This document shows positions 1-7,709 of a stretch of 12,845 nucleotides of DNA, piece by piece. Source of the stretch: Bdellovibrionia bacterium. GTDB taxonomy: Bacteria > Bdellovibrionota > UBA1018. The notes under the pieces are model-generated. The model ran no database searches. It had not been told where the DNA came from and saw only the letters and a list, made by a program, of their open reading frames with translations. The stretch covers positions 1-12,845 of the forward strand of contig JBMSSC010000081.1 of assembly GCA_049424145.1 (NCBI GenBank). The letters run 5' to 3'. A program made the position numbers and the translations under genes. Numbering within the stretch: the first letter of the stretch is position 1; each line of letters begins with the position of its first letter.

Positions 1-29
1 CTTACTTTTACCCATTTGTTGCATCGCAT
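1..29 (+). repeat. Left terminal inverted repeat of the IS
   Basis: CTTACTTTTACCCATTTGTTGCA (1-23) is the exact reverse complement of 1486-1508. The match extends to 28/29 over 1-29, with a mismatch at position 24. Confidence 0.95.
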
Positions 30-47
30 CTCACGTTCAGGCATAAA
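19..47 (+). promoter_or_regulatory. Possible weak sigma70-type transposase promoter overlapping the left TIR
   Basis: TTGCAT (19-24), 17 nt spacer, CATAAA (42-47). A purine-rich SD-like AAGGGGGGA (56-64) precedes ATG 71. Confidence 0.3.
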
Positions 48-70
48 GCCTTCCTAAGGGGGGATTCAGG

Positions 71-1501
71 ATGACATCGTGGGTAAGAGAGGAATTGAGT
101 GAAGTACGCTTTGGTGATCAACGCTTAGATGAGCGATTACTGAAGGTAGGTGAAAAATTACTGGAAAAGCCCTCCCTTTCGTTAAATCGCGGGCAAGGTG
201 ATTGGGCAGCATCAAAGGCCGCTTATCGTTTTTTTGAGAACGACAAAGTTGAAGTCGAGCCTCTTTTGCAAGTACATGTCTCAAGGACCCGCGACCGAAT
301 TAACGAATCTGGTCGAACAATTTTGGCTATTCAGGACACGACAACGTTCGACTATAGTAACTTCGAATCAACAGAGGGGCTCTCTGAGATTTATCGAAAT
401 GAAAGAACATGGGAGGGTTCCGAGGGCGGGCAAGGACTCCTTGTTCATTCAACGTTTGCAGTGACGACTGACGGCCTCCCATTAGGTTTGCTCGATCAAA
501 ATATTTTTACTCACTCAAAGAAAGCAGAAAAAAGAGACCACAAAAATATCCCGATTGAGAACAAAGAGAGTTACCGATGGATCACACCAATCATGAAAAC
601 AGCAATGCTTTTTTCTGATCCAAAGAACATTGTGCACGTGTGTGATAGAGAGGGCGATATTTTTGAACTATTCTATTACGCCGAAAAAAAGAATGTAAAA
701 TACCTAATTCGAGCTGCAAAAGATCGTGTTGTTGGACATCGCTTTAAGGGCTGGTCCACGATTAAAAACAAGAACAAGACGCTTTGGGAACTTATGGAGG
801 AACAGGCCACGGCTGGAAATTTAGTAGTTGAGATTCCAAAGCAAAAGAATCGTGAGGCGAGAGAAGCTCTTTGTGAAGTTCGATTTTTGAAAACAGTTTA
901 CACACCCTCCTATCGAACATCAGGAGCGAGGTCTGAGCCTCTGTCGCAAGTAGAGGTATTTGCAATTTGGATTATTGAGAGAAGCCTACCGCCAGGAATC
1001 AAAGCGTTGGAATGGATGCTTTTAACAAATCTGCCTGTGGAGTCTCTGGAGCAGGCGATAGAAAAGGTATTTTGGTATAGGCAAAGATGGCGCATAGAAG
1101 ACTATCATAAAGTCCTTAAATCAGGCTGCAATATTGAAAAAAAAAGGTTAAATCATATCGAAAAACTAAGGCCATTAATCACGTTAATGAGCATAGTAGC
1201 CTTCCGAATCTATTGGATGACATGGGTCGCACGTGTTTCTCCTACTGAGGACTGTCGGGTTGTTCTTTCAGAATCAGAATGGAAAGCACTTTATTGCTTT
1301 CGAAATAGAACTAAAATATTGCCGGAAAAAATTCCTGATCTTCAGGAGGCAATCCGCTGGATTGCCATGCTCGGAGGCTTTCTAGGAAGAAAAGGAGATG
1401 GAAAACCTGGAGCGACAACTCTATGGAGAGGATGGCAAAGACTCAGGGAGATCACCGAAGCCTGGGAAGTCTTTAATGAATGCGCTGCAACAAATGGGTA
1501 A
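71..1501 (+). CDS. IS4-family (Tn5-like) DDE transposase, 476 aa
   Basis: N-terminal FGDQRLDERL; catalytic IQDTT and VCDREGD; IS4 signature Y-2-R-3-E-6-K (YRQRWRIEDYHKVLK); C-terminal Tn5-type LGGFLGRKGDGKPG..TLWRGW. The ORF is uninterrupted. Confidence 0.96.
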   Translation: MTSWVREELSEVRFGDQRLDERLLKVGEKLLEKPSLSLNRGQGDWAASKAAYRFFENDKVEVEPLLQVHVSRTRDRINESGRTILAIQDTTTFDYSNFESTEGLSEIYRNERTWEGSEGGQGLLVHSTFAVTTDGLPLGLLDQNIFTHSKKAEKRDHKNIPIENKESYRWITPIMKTAMLFSDPKNIVHVCDREGDIFELFYYAEKKNVKYLIRAAKDRVVGHRFKGWSTIKNKNKTLWELMEEQATAGNLVVEIPKQKNREAREALCEVRFLKTVYTPSYRTSGARSEPLSQVEVFAIWIIERSLPPGIKALEWMLLTNLPVESLEQAIEKVFWYRQRWRIEDYHKVLKSGCNIEKKRLNHIEKLRPLITLMSIVAFRIYWMTWVARVSPTEDCRVVLSESEWKALYCFRNRTKILPEKIPDLQEAIRWIAMLGGFLGRKGDGKPGATTLWRGWQRLREITEAWEVFNECAATNG

Positions 1502-1508
1502 AAGTAAG
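1480..1508 (-). repeat. Right terminal inverted repeat of the IS (contains the transposase stop codon)
   Basis: TGCAACAAATGGGTAAAAGTAAG (1486-1508) is the reverse complement of 1-23. The TAA stop at 1499-1501 lies inside it. Confidence 0.95.
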
Positions 1509-1532
1509 TGCTAAACCAGGAGGTTTTACGGC

Positions 1533-2132
1533 ATGTTTGATAAGTTCATTTGTGTTGGTAAAAATTATCATGAGCATGCCCAGGAGCTAGGAGATCCGGT
1601 TCCTGAGGCGCCATTGCTTTTTTTAAAGCCTCCGAGCAGTGGTCTATGGGTTGAGCCTGGAAGGAGAACTTCAGTTGTTCTTCCGCAAGCCAAAGGGGTG
1701 GTCCACTATGAGTGTGAGATCATTGCTCGACTCAACTCGCAGGGGCAGATCGAAGCCGTCTCCTTGGGGCTTGATATGACCTTACGCGATGTTCAGGGCC
1801 AGCTTAAAAAACAAGGGCATCCCTGGGAGCTTGGGAAAGTGTTTCGGCACGCGGCGGTGGTGGGTCCGTGGATTGAGGTTTCAGATTTTAAAACCTACTT
1901 GGAGGAGCCCTTCACTTTTGCTTTAGATGGCGAAATTCGTCAGCGCGCTATGGGACGAGAAATGAGGCATTTGCCACAGAAATGCATTCAACGGGCGCTT
2001 GAGTTTTTTCCCTTAGTTGACGGAGATATCCTGTTTACGGGAACTCCGATGGGTGTAGGAGGGGTGGTCTCAGGTCAGCGCGGAGAGCTCAGGTGGGGAA
2101 GTCGTCTTGGCTATGAAGTCCTATTTGAATAG
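1533..2132 (+). CDS. Fumarylacetoacetate hydrolase family protein (YcgM/FAHD1-like acylpyruvase/oxaloacetate tautomerase-decarboxylase type)
   Basis: Motifs CVGKNY..HAQE, LFLKP, HYECEI, GLDMTLRDVQ, PWELGK and GDILFTGTPMGVG. SD AGGAGG at 1518-1523. Confidence 0.92.
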   Translation: MFDKFICVGKNYHEHAQELGDPVPEAPLLFLKPPSSGLWVEPGRRTSVVLPQAKGVVHYECEIIARLNSQGQIEAVSLGLDMTLRDVQGQLKKQGHPWELGKVFRHAAVVGPWIEVSDFKTYLEEPFTFALDGEIRQRAMGREMRHLPQKCIQRALEFFPLVDGDILFTGTPMGVGGVVSGQRGELRWGSRLGYEVLFE

Positions 2133-3437
2133 ATGAGTATGTTGCGGATGAATCAATTCCAGAACTGTGTCGCTTCCCAGTCGATGAGTGGAGATTAACT
2201 CAAATTTCTGGGCCTGCTTGAGCGAGCGCATTAAATGGATTCGATTCTTCTGTCCCCCTAAGAGAATCGGCGCAACAAAGACGTGGAGAAGATCAGCACA
2301 GTCGGCCTGAAGAAATAAGCGAAGCGTTTTTGCGCCGCCTTCAACCAAGACGCTTTGAATCGGTTTTTTCAACTGACTCATGATTCGAGGACTCATTAAG
2401 GCTTCAGTGAGTTCTTGGATCCACTCATGATCGGTTTGAATCATCGCGTTGATCCCCTCGGGATGGAAGCTCTTTAAAGGCATGACGGTCACATTCTCCA
2501 GCCGATTAAGCCAGGAGGATTTTTGAGCCTTTGCTGCGGCTCTGGAGGTGAGCAGGAGGATTGGACGAGCAGGGGCAAATAGCTGAGTTTCAAGTTGGAG
2601 CCTTTGCTTCTCTTGGATCCGAAAGAGGAGTCCTCTCGGATCGAATACCATAGGAATGGGCTGTGCCTGATGGGGTAATGCACAGTCTCGCACGGTGAGG
2701 CTTGGGTGATCGGATAAGACCGTTTGCGCGCCCACTAAAATGGCATCGTACTTTTGTCTGAGCCAATGAGTGTAAGAGCGCGCAGCAGCTTGTGTGATCC
2801 ATTGGGATTGTCCCGAGTCATCGGCCAGTTGACCGTCAAGGCTTTGAGCCCATTTCAGGATAAAAACGGGCCTTTTCAGGTGCTGATGGGCTAGGAATGG
2901 AAAATTCCAGGCCGTAGCCTCAGCCTGTCTCACCCCTAAAACCACAGTGACGCCTGCGGATTGAAGTCGCTTGATGCCAGCCCCACAGACCATTGGGTTG
3001 GGGTCCTGGCGTGCAATCACCACTCGTCGAATGCCCGCCTCAATGAGTTGATCCACACACGGGGGTTGATGCCCCTGATGAGAGCAGGGTTCTAAAGTCA
3101 CATACGCCGTTCCCCCTTCCACCTCCTTTGGGTTCTTAAGTTGTGCAAGAGCACAACGCTCAGCGTGAAAGCCTCGGTACGCTTGCGTGAAGCCTCGAGA
3201 AACCTCATGGCCCTTGGAGTTGAGCAAGATGCAACCCACGGCGGGATTGGGGTTGCAGATTCCGACGGACTTTAAAGACTCTAAAAGCGCCTCGTTCATG
3301 AAATAGGCGTCGGATGAGGAAGAATCTTGCAGACCATCGAAACGAGGTGCACAAGGAATCTCAGGAAGAAGTTTGGGGTCTAAAATCGCCTCAAGCGGAC
3401 CTCCAAAGCTGAAGCCTGAAGTGAGAAACGGTTTCAT
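2121..3437 (-). CDS. ribD: Bifunctional diaminohydroxyphosphoribosylaminopyrimidine deaminase / 5-amino-6-(5-phosphoribosylamino)uracil reductase
   Basis: Deaminase motifs NPNPAVGC, HAE and YVTLEPCSHQGHQPPC. Reductase motifs LKWAQSLDG, SQWIT, DAILVGAQTVLSDHPSLTVR and SVLVEGG. SD AAGGA overlaps the upstream gene's stop. Confidence 0.96.
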   Translation of the reverse strand: MKPFLTSGFSFGGPLEAILDPKLLPEIPCAPRFDGLQDSSSSDAYFMNEALLESLKSVGICNPNPAVGCILLNSKGHEVSRGFTQAYRGFHAERCALAQLKNPKEVEGGTAYVTLEPCSHQGHQPPCVDQLIEAGIRRVVIARQDPNPMVCGAGIKRLQSAGVTVVLGVRQAEATAWNFPFLAHQHLKRPVFILKWAQSLDGQLADDSGQSQWITQAAARSYTHWLRQKYDAILVGAQTVLSDHPSLTVRDCALPHQAQPIPMVFDPRGLLFRIQEKQRLQLETQLFAPARPILLLTSRAAAKAQKSSWLNRLENVTVMPLKSFHPEGINAMIQTDHEWIQELTEALMSPRIMSQLKKPIQSVLVEGGAKTLRLFLQADCADLLHVFVAPILLGGQKNRIHLMRSLKQAQKFELISTHRLGSDTVLELIHPQHTHLFK

Positions 3438-3449
3438 GCCATTGAATCC

Positions 3450-3854
3450 TTAACTCTCTTTTGGTTTTTTTGACCGGGGAAAGAGTTGACTCAAAAGTTT
3501 TGAAGCGCTTTGAATGGTCAGAGCAATGGCTCTTTCCGACTCTGTGGCCTGTAAGTTGGCTCGTAGTTGCTCAGCCAGTTCTCCAAGCCAAGCGTCTGGA
3601 GTTTTCGCCTCAATTTCCTCCCCGGAGAGAATGGCAAACTTTTTTTTCTTCAGATGAATGTAAAATAGAACAGAGCACTTTAAGCTAGGGTCCAACCACT
3701 GGAGTTCATCAAATAGTCGTTGAGCTCGCTTCAATGGGTTTCTCTCCCACCATTTTTTTGAGAGGTAGACGCGAATCTGAGCTGTCGTGATTTGTTCAGC
3801 CTCTGCGATGGCTTTGATCATCGGAGACGTCGCTCTTCCCTTACCAGGAGCCAT
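3450..3854 (-). CDS. TPM-domain (DUF477-type) protein, about 134 aa
   Basis: IKAIAEAEQITTAQIRVYL, A.RLFDEL, VLFYIHLKKKKFAILSGEEI and C-terminal LSQLFP match the small TPM partner protein pattern. Start re-called to ATG 3854 (MAPGK), with SD-like AAAGGCGG; the longer 4055 start overlaps the upstream gene by more than 200 nt. Confidence 0.8.
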   Translation of the reverse strand: MAPGKGRATSPMIKAIAEAEQITTAQIRVYLSKKWWERNPLKRAQRLFDELQWLDPSLKCSVLFYIHLKKKKFAILSGEEIEAKTPDAWLGELAEQLRANLQATESERAIALTIQSASKLLSQLFPRSKKPKES

Positions 3855-4692
3855 AAGTGAAACCGCCTTTGAATTCTTTTTTAGGAGTAAAATGATATCG
3901 ATACCTAAAGCGTTCCTTGGACCAAGGATAGATGAGTCGCCATCCGGTGGCAGAAAAGTACGCTTCACGAGCCAACATTTGATAAACGACAAAGAGAAAC
4001 AAAGAAAGGCCCAAGGCACAGGAAATGGGCCAGAAAAACGAGCCCTCCGGTGCATGCTCTAAATCGTTTAAATCCTCCCACGCCATTTCAACTCCCAGCT
4101 TGGCAAAGAGGTCGTTGGCGGCTGCGTTTTGAATGAGTGGGCTTTCTAAAGCCGTCAGAACGCCCATGGAACCGATTAAAGCTGCCGCGTTGAGATCTCC
4201 TTGGGAGAGCGCGCGCTTCATCTTTTCTCCGAGTGTTTTGAGATCTTTTTTGGGATCGAGCTTCAACTCAAGGGTGTAGCCTACCTCAAAGATTGTGTTT
4301 CGACTCGCTGGGAAGATCACACAAAGAAGGGCGTCCTGGATTTTTAGTGGCTCAGGTTTCCAGTCTAAGAACGTCTGGCGGACCCATTGTCGCTCCTTTT
4401 TTTCAGACCCGGCGGCGCCATCTTTTTTTTCCCCTTCCACTGCGTCATGGACGACGATCTGAATGCTCTCTCCCGTTAAACTCTGATGCTCGGTGAGGAG
4501 GGTTTGGATGGCTTGAGTCACTGCCGGTCGAAGCAGATGGGCCGGGTCCTTGAGGAGGCCCTGTGCCGAGGGTGCAATTCGCTCGTTCCCCTGGGCCCCG
4601 CTCCCCTGAGCCAAGGAAAAAAAGATGAACCCAAGAGCAACGGGCCTGATGCTGGCTTGGTTTAGCTTAAGTAATCCGCTTCTAAGTAACAT
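3841..4692 (-). CDS. YgcG-like TPM-domain membrane protein
   Basis: Signal-like hydrophobic N-terminus, TPM-like LKDPAHLL..., TGESIQIVV and FEVGYTLE, one TM segment (FFWPISCALGLSLFLFVVY), and C-terminal ...GGFTYGSW resembling the family GGASGSW end. Start uncertain (ATG 4692 versus TTG 4704). Confidence 0.75.
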   Translation of the reverse strand: MLLRSGLLKLNQASIRPVALGFIFFSLAQGSGAQGNERIAPSAQGLLKDPAHLLRPAVTQAIQTLLTEHQSLTGESIQIVVHDAVEGEKKDGAAGSEKKERQWVRQTFLDWKPEPLKIQDALLCVIFPASRNTIFEVGYTLELKLDPKKDLKTLGEKMKRALSQGDLNAAALIGSMGVLTALESPLIQNAAANDLFAKLGVEMAWEDLNDLEHAPEGSFFWPISCALGLSLFLFVVYQMLAREAYFSATGWRLIYPWSKERFRYRYHFTPKKEFKGGFTYGSW

Positions 4693-5891
4693 GCTGCACT
4701 CCAAGTGAAAGACTTATCCGACTTATAAATCCAACCCCGGTGGGGTCTTAAGTTCGAAGTTCCAGGCTCAAGCTCATAGACTTCGTAAATCCCTTGATCC
4801 TGGGCAATCCTCTGAGCTAACCGGTTCATGATTTCCTGGTACTCCCGTTCATGGCCCATCGCCTTTTCGGCTCGAGCAGCTAAGGCGGAAATCCACATCC
4901 AGTAGAGCCGGTCGTGGTAACCTCCCAGTCCAATCAATCTCACTAAGAAGCTTTTATAATGATTTGGGTAAGAAGGCCAGGTCGGAGCGCCAGGAAGCGG
5001 ATGCCAAAGTGGGCTTGCTTTTAAATGGGTCAACGCCTCTTGAGCTTGATCCTTGGGCAAAAGCCCTGAGGCGATGGCAAATAGATTCGCATCGGCACTT
5101 AAGTGAGGGTCCGCTTCAAAGTTTTTGAGTCGTTTTTGTTGAGTTTCCCAAAAAAAACTTTGAAATCTCGACTCCACCTCCTGGGCTCGGGTGAGAAAGG
5201 AGGCGGCTTTTTCGAGTCTGTGAAGCTGGTGGGTCACCTGCGCTAACCCTTTGAGTGCCAAGATATATAAGGCGTTGGTGAATGCCACGCGTCCCTCCCG
5301 TCGAATGGAGTCTTTCCAGTCGGAGAACGGGGGTTGCTTTCCGACGAGTCCATCGACCAGAAAGTGAGTTTCAATGAAGTGGATTGACTTTTCAAGGTGG
5401 GGAAGCCATCGTTCGGCTGATTCAAGATCGTGCGTTTTTTTGATGTATTGGCTTGCTGCCCAAGGCAGAGTGAGATTTCCGTCAATTGAAATCACTCGGT
5501 TTTCTGTGGTGAACCAACCTTTTAATGGCTTTCGGTACCCCAGGCGGTATCCAAAAAGGCCTGAGATCACCCGGCGGTAAATGTCATAGTAATCCACGAC
5601 CCGGGGGAGGAGTCCGTCCTCGCGTTGAAGAAGAAAAAAGATCTCCAAAGAATTTTTAATGCTGAATGTCTCCCCAATTTCAAGGGCTCCTGCGGTAGCC
5701 ATCGATAGGTCTCGAGCCCAAAGCGTGTGGTACTGGTTTTGGCCCGCCAGAAGGTATTGCTCGGGTGACGGAAGATCCGCTTTTGATGAGGGGAGCGATA
5801 CGATGTTGGAGCGCAAGGTGCGCGTTGCAATGAGTCGAGCCTCAGTACGGGCGGGGCTCAACACAGGTGAAGATGCAGTTTTGGCTAACAT
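4662..5891 (-). CDS. (alpha/alpha)6-barrel glycoside hydrolase, amylo-alpha-1,6-glucosidase / glycogen-debranching C-terminal-domain-like
   Basis: AGQNQYHTLWARD (cf. AG.PWF..WGRD), DWKDS..REGR...NALY (cf. WMD...R.GK.VE.NALW), GIYEVYE and FTWSAA (cf. QAWS). SD AGGAG overlaps the upstream stop. Confidence 0.75.
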   Translation of the reverse strand: MLAKTASSPVLSPARTEARLIATRTLRSNIVSLPSSKADLPSPEQYLLAGQNQYHTLWARDLSMATAGALEIGETFSIKNSLEIFFLLQREDGLLPRVVDYYDIYRRVISGLFGYRLGYRKPLKGWFTTENRVISIDGNLTLPWAASQYIKKTHDLESAERWLPHLEKSIHFIETHFLVDGLVGKQPPFSDWKDSIRREGRVAFTNALYILALKGLAQVTHQLHRLEKAASFLTRAQEVESRFQSFFWETQQKRLKNFEADPHLSADANLFAIASGLLPKDQAQEALTHLKASPLWHPLPGAPTWPSYPNHYKSFLVRLIGLGGYHDRLYWMWISALAARAEKAMGHEREYQEIMNRLAQRIAQDQGIYEVYELEPGTSNLRPHRGWIYKSDKSFTWSAACYLEADYLS

Positions 5892-5900
5892 GGAGGGCTC

Positions 5901-7709
5901 CTAAAGTTCTGCTGTCAGTGCTAATGATAGACTTCTTTGAATAGGATAACCTTGAATGAGCTCAATGGGGTGATTAAAAATATTTTCTACACGAAAAAAT
6001 ACATCGTAACTTTTGTTGAATTGAAGTTTAAAGGCAAGATCCGTCATCCAGTATCCTGGAAGCTCTTGGGGAGTTTGGATTGCTGTCTTTCGAGAGGTCG
6101 CTGCTTTGAGAAATACACTTAGTTCTATTGGAATTTTTTTAAAATAAGTATAAAAATTAGGTTGAATTTCTCCTCGAGCGGTGAAACTGAGGCTGTTAGC
6201 AAGACTAGGGAGGTAAGGAAAAGCCGCGGAGTTGGCTTGAATGTGGGAGTGAGTGAGAGTGAGTGAGTTTCGAAGTTCAAAGACTTGGGCAAACCGAAGA
6301 GAAAAAGTGCTCAGTAAGCCTAAGACGGTTGCGTCATTTAGGTTCGAAAGGGTCGATCCCAAGCGAACGCGAGGGTTTTTTCTCAATTGCCCATAGCCAC
6401 TTACGGAGAATTCAAAATCCTTTTTTTCCAGCTGGGCGCCTATGAGTTGAGTCCAGTCATTTTCAGTCTTCAGTTCGGGATTGCCCACGAAGGTCCCGTA
6501 ATTCCCAAAACGATCCATGAGGCTAGGAATGCTTCGAGAAAACTGGGTTCGAGAATAGAGGGAAAAGCCTGAGTTTTCCCACTGCTTTCGAATGCCTAGG
6601 CTTCCCTGGGGCATTAACCCATAGCCATTAATCCAAAGGCTTTGAATCACGGGTAAGATCAGAAGGGAGCCCGCCTCGGTTTCTTTTGAGACTTGAAAGG
6701 TGGAGATGCTTTGAAGTGGGGCCTGAAACCCGTTGGTGGGGGAGGCAAAGTTCACTTGCCTAAGGCTTGTGCCCCATTTCCAATCACCTGAGACATACGT
6801 CAGTTGACTACCCCATTGCTGGGCATAGGTGTCCGATTGCACGTTGAGCTGTGGGTCACGGTACCCTAAATACGACCAGTCGTAAAAAAGACTGGTTTTT
6901 AAAATGCGATCCCGGCCCAGGTGAAAATCATTCTCAATGAGGGGGAGCGCTCGGGTGTTCCTAATCTGAGCCTCGGGAGTGGGCTGATCGGTGCTTCCTT
7001 TGGAGTCCAGAGCTAAGTCCGTAAATAAGAGGTGGAACTCTCCGGTGTAATTGCCTTTCTCCCATCGCAGGCTCGAGCTGCCGGAGGGACCCCGAGCAGC
7101 GCCCAGGCTCGTGCCAAAGATCAGGGCGCTCTGATCAGTGGGTCGATGGCCAACGGAGAGCTGATGAGCGCCCCGGCTCATTGAGGAGTGAGTGATGCGT
7201 GTGGGAGTTGTGGAGGGAGGACTTCCGATGGCTTGCGCCGTCCAGGGCCGAAGCGTCAGGGTACCAGAAGAAGCGCTTTGGTTCTGAGCGTTCAAGGAGG
7301 GCCCTAGCTGAAATTGAAACTCCGACCAAAGAAAGGGAGGAAAAATGGATAAATCAAACCCGCCTCCTCCTGGGGGATTTAAGGAGATTCCCAAGGCCTG
7401 AACGTCGGTTTCCTGAGCAGATCCTCCAATTCCTCGAAATTGAGTCAGCTGGCCGGGCTGACCATAGTCGGTGGTGGGGAGAGCCAGGTGGTTGGAAATG
7501 GAGTTTTCAATGGATCCGTTGGCGGAGGGAAGGCTCGTTTGCGCCCGAATCTTAGGCATGATGGGGTCTTCTAAGAGGAGCTCTGCTGGGGTTTGACTCC
7601 GTGAGCTGGAGCGGATGATGCGAGGAAGCTCAATGGGCTCTTGAGCGAGCAGGGGAGAACTCAACAAGAGGATGGAAAAAAAATTTTTCAGTCTCTGGGC
7701 AGCCAGCAT
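5901..7709 (-). CDS. TonB-dependent outer-membrane receptor (BtuB-like architecture, divergent)
   Basis: Signal peptide (MLAAQRLKNFFSILLLSSPLLA|QEP), plug-like GQPGQLTQFRGIGG..LN.PGGGGFDLS, barrel motifs GNPELKTE and FRVENIFN, terminal amphipathic strand RSLSLALTAEL. Start re-called to ATG 7709 because SD AGGAGA lies just upstream. Confidence 0.85.
   Translation of the reverse strand: MLAAQRLKNFFSILLLSSPLLAQEPIELPRIIRSSSRSQTPAELLLEDPIMPKIRAQTSLPSANGSIENSISNHLALPTTDYGQPGQLTQFRGIGGSAQETDVQALGISLNPPGGGGFDLSIFPPFLWSEFQFQLGPSLNAQNQSASSGTLTLRPWTAQAIGSPPSTTPTRITHSSMSRGAHQLSVGHRPTDQSALIFGTSLGAARGPSGSSSLRWEKGNYTGEFHLLFTDLALDSKGSTDQPTPEAQIRNTRALPLIENDFHLGRDRILKTSLFYDWSYLGYRDPQLNVQSDTYAQQWGSQLTYVSGDWKWGTSLRQVNFASPTNGFQAPLQSISTFQVSKETEAGSLLILPVIQSLWINGYGLMPQGSLGIRKQWENSGFSLYSRTQFSRSIPSLMDRFGNYGTFVGNPELKTENDWTQLIGAQLEKKDFEFSVSGYGQLRKNPRVRLGSTLSNLNDATVLGLLSTFSLRFAQVFELRNSLTLTHSHIQANSAAFPYLPSLANSLSFTARGEIQPNFYTYFKKIPIELSVFLKAATSRKTAIQTPQELPGYWMTDLAFKLQFNKSYDVFFRVENIFNHPIELIQGYPIQRSLSLALTAEL

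Larger units (their letters stand above)
1..1508 (+). mobile_element. IS4-family insertion sequence (IS50/Tn5-like), apparently complete
   Basis: Terminal inverted repeats at 1-29 and 1480-1508 enclose a single DDE transposase ORF. The element looks more AT-rich than the flanking genes. Confidence 0.95.

Noticed and set aside
1137..1145. A9 run in the transposase as a programmed frameshift site
   Set aside because: The transposase is already a single full-length ORF, and IS4-family elements do not need frameshifting.
3855..4055. N-terminal 67 aa of the 201-aa ORF-track call
   Set aside because: Overlaps the neighbouring TPM gene in another frame; family similarity begins only after Met 3854.
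6110..6170. AT-rich patch inside the receptor gene as an internal promoter
   Set aside because: TATACT (minus) and TATAAA (plus) occur, but there is no properly spaced -35. The patch is explained by Phe/Tyr/Lys/Ile/Asn codons.
7676..7683. A8/T8 tract in the receptor signal-peptide region as a phase-variation site
   Set aside because: Runs of 7-9 A/T are common across this window and the frame is intact.
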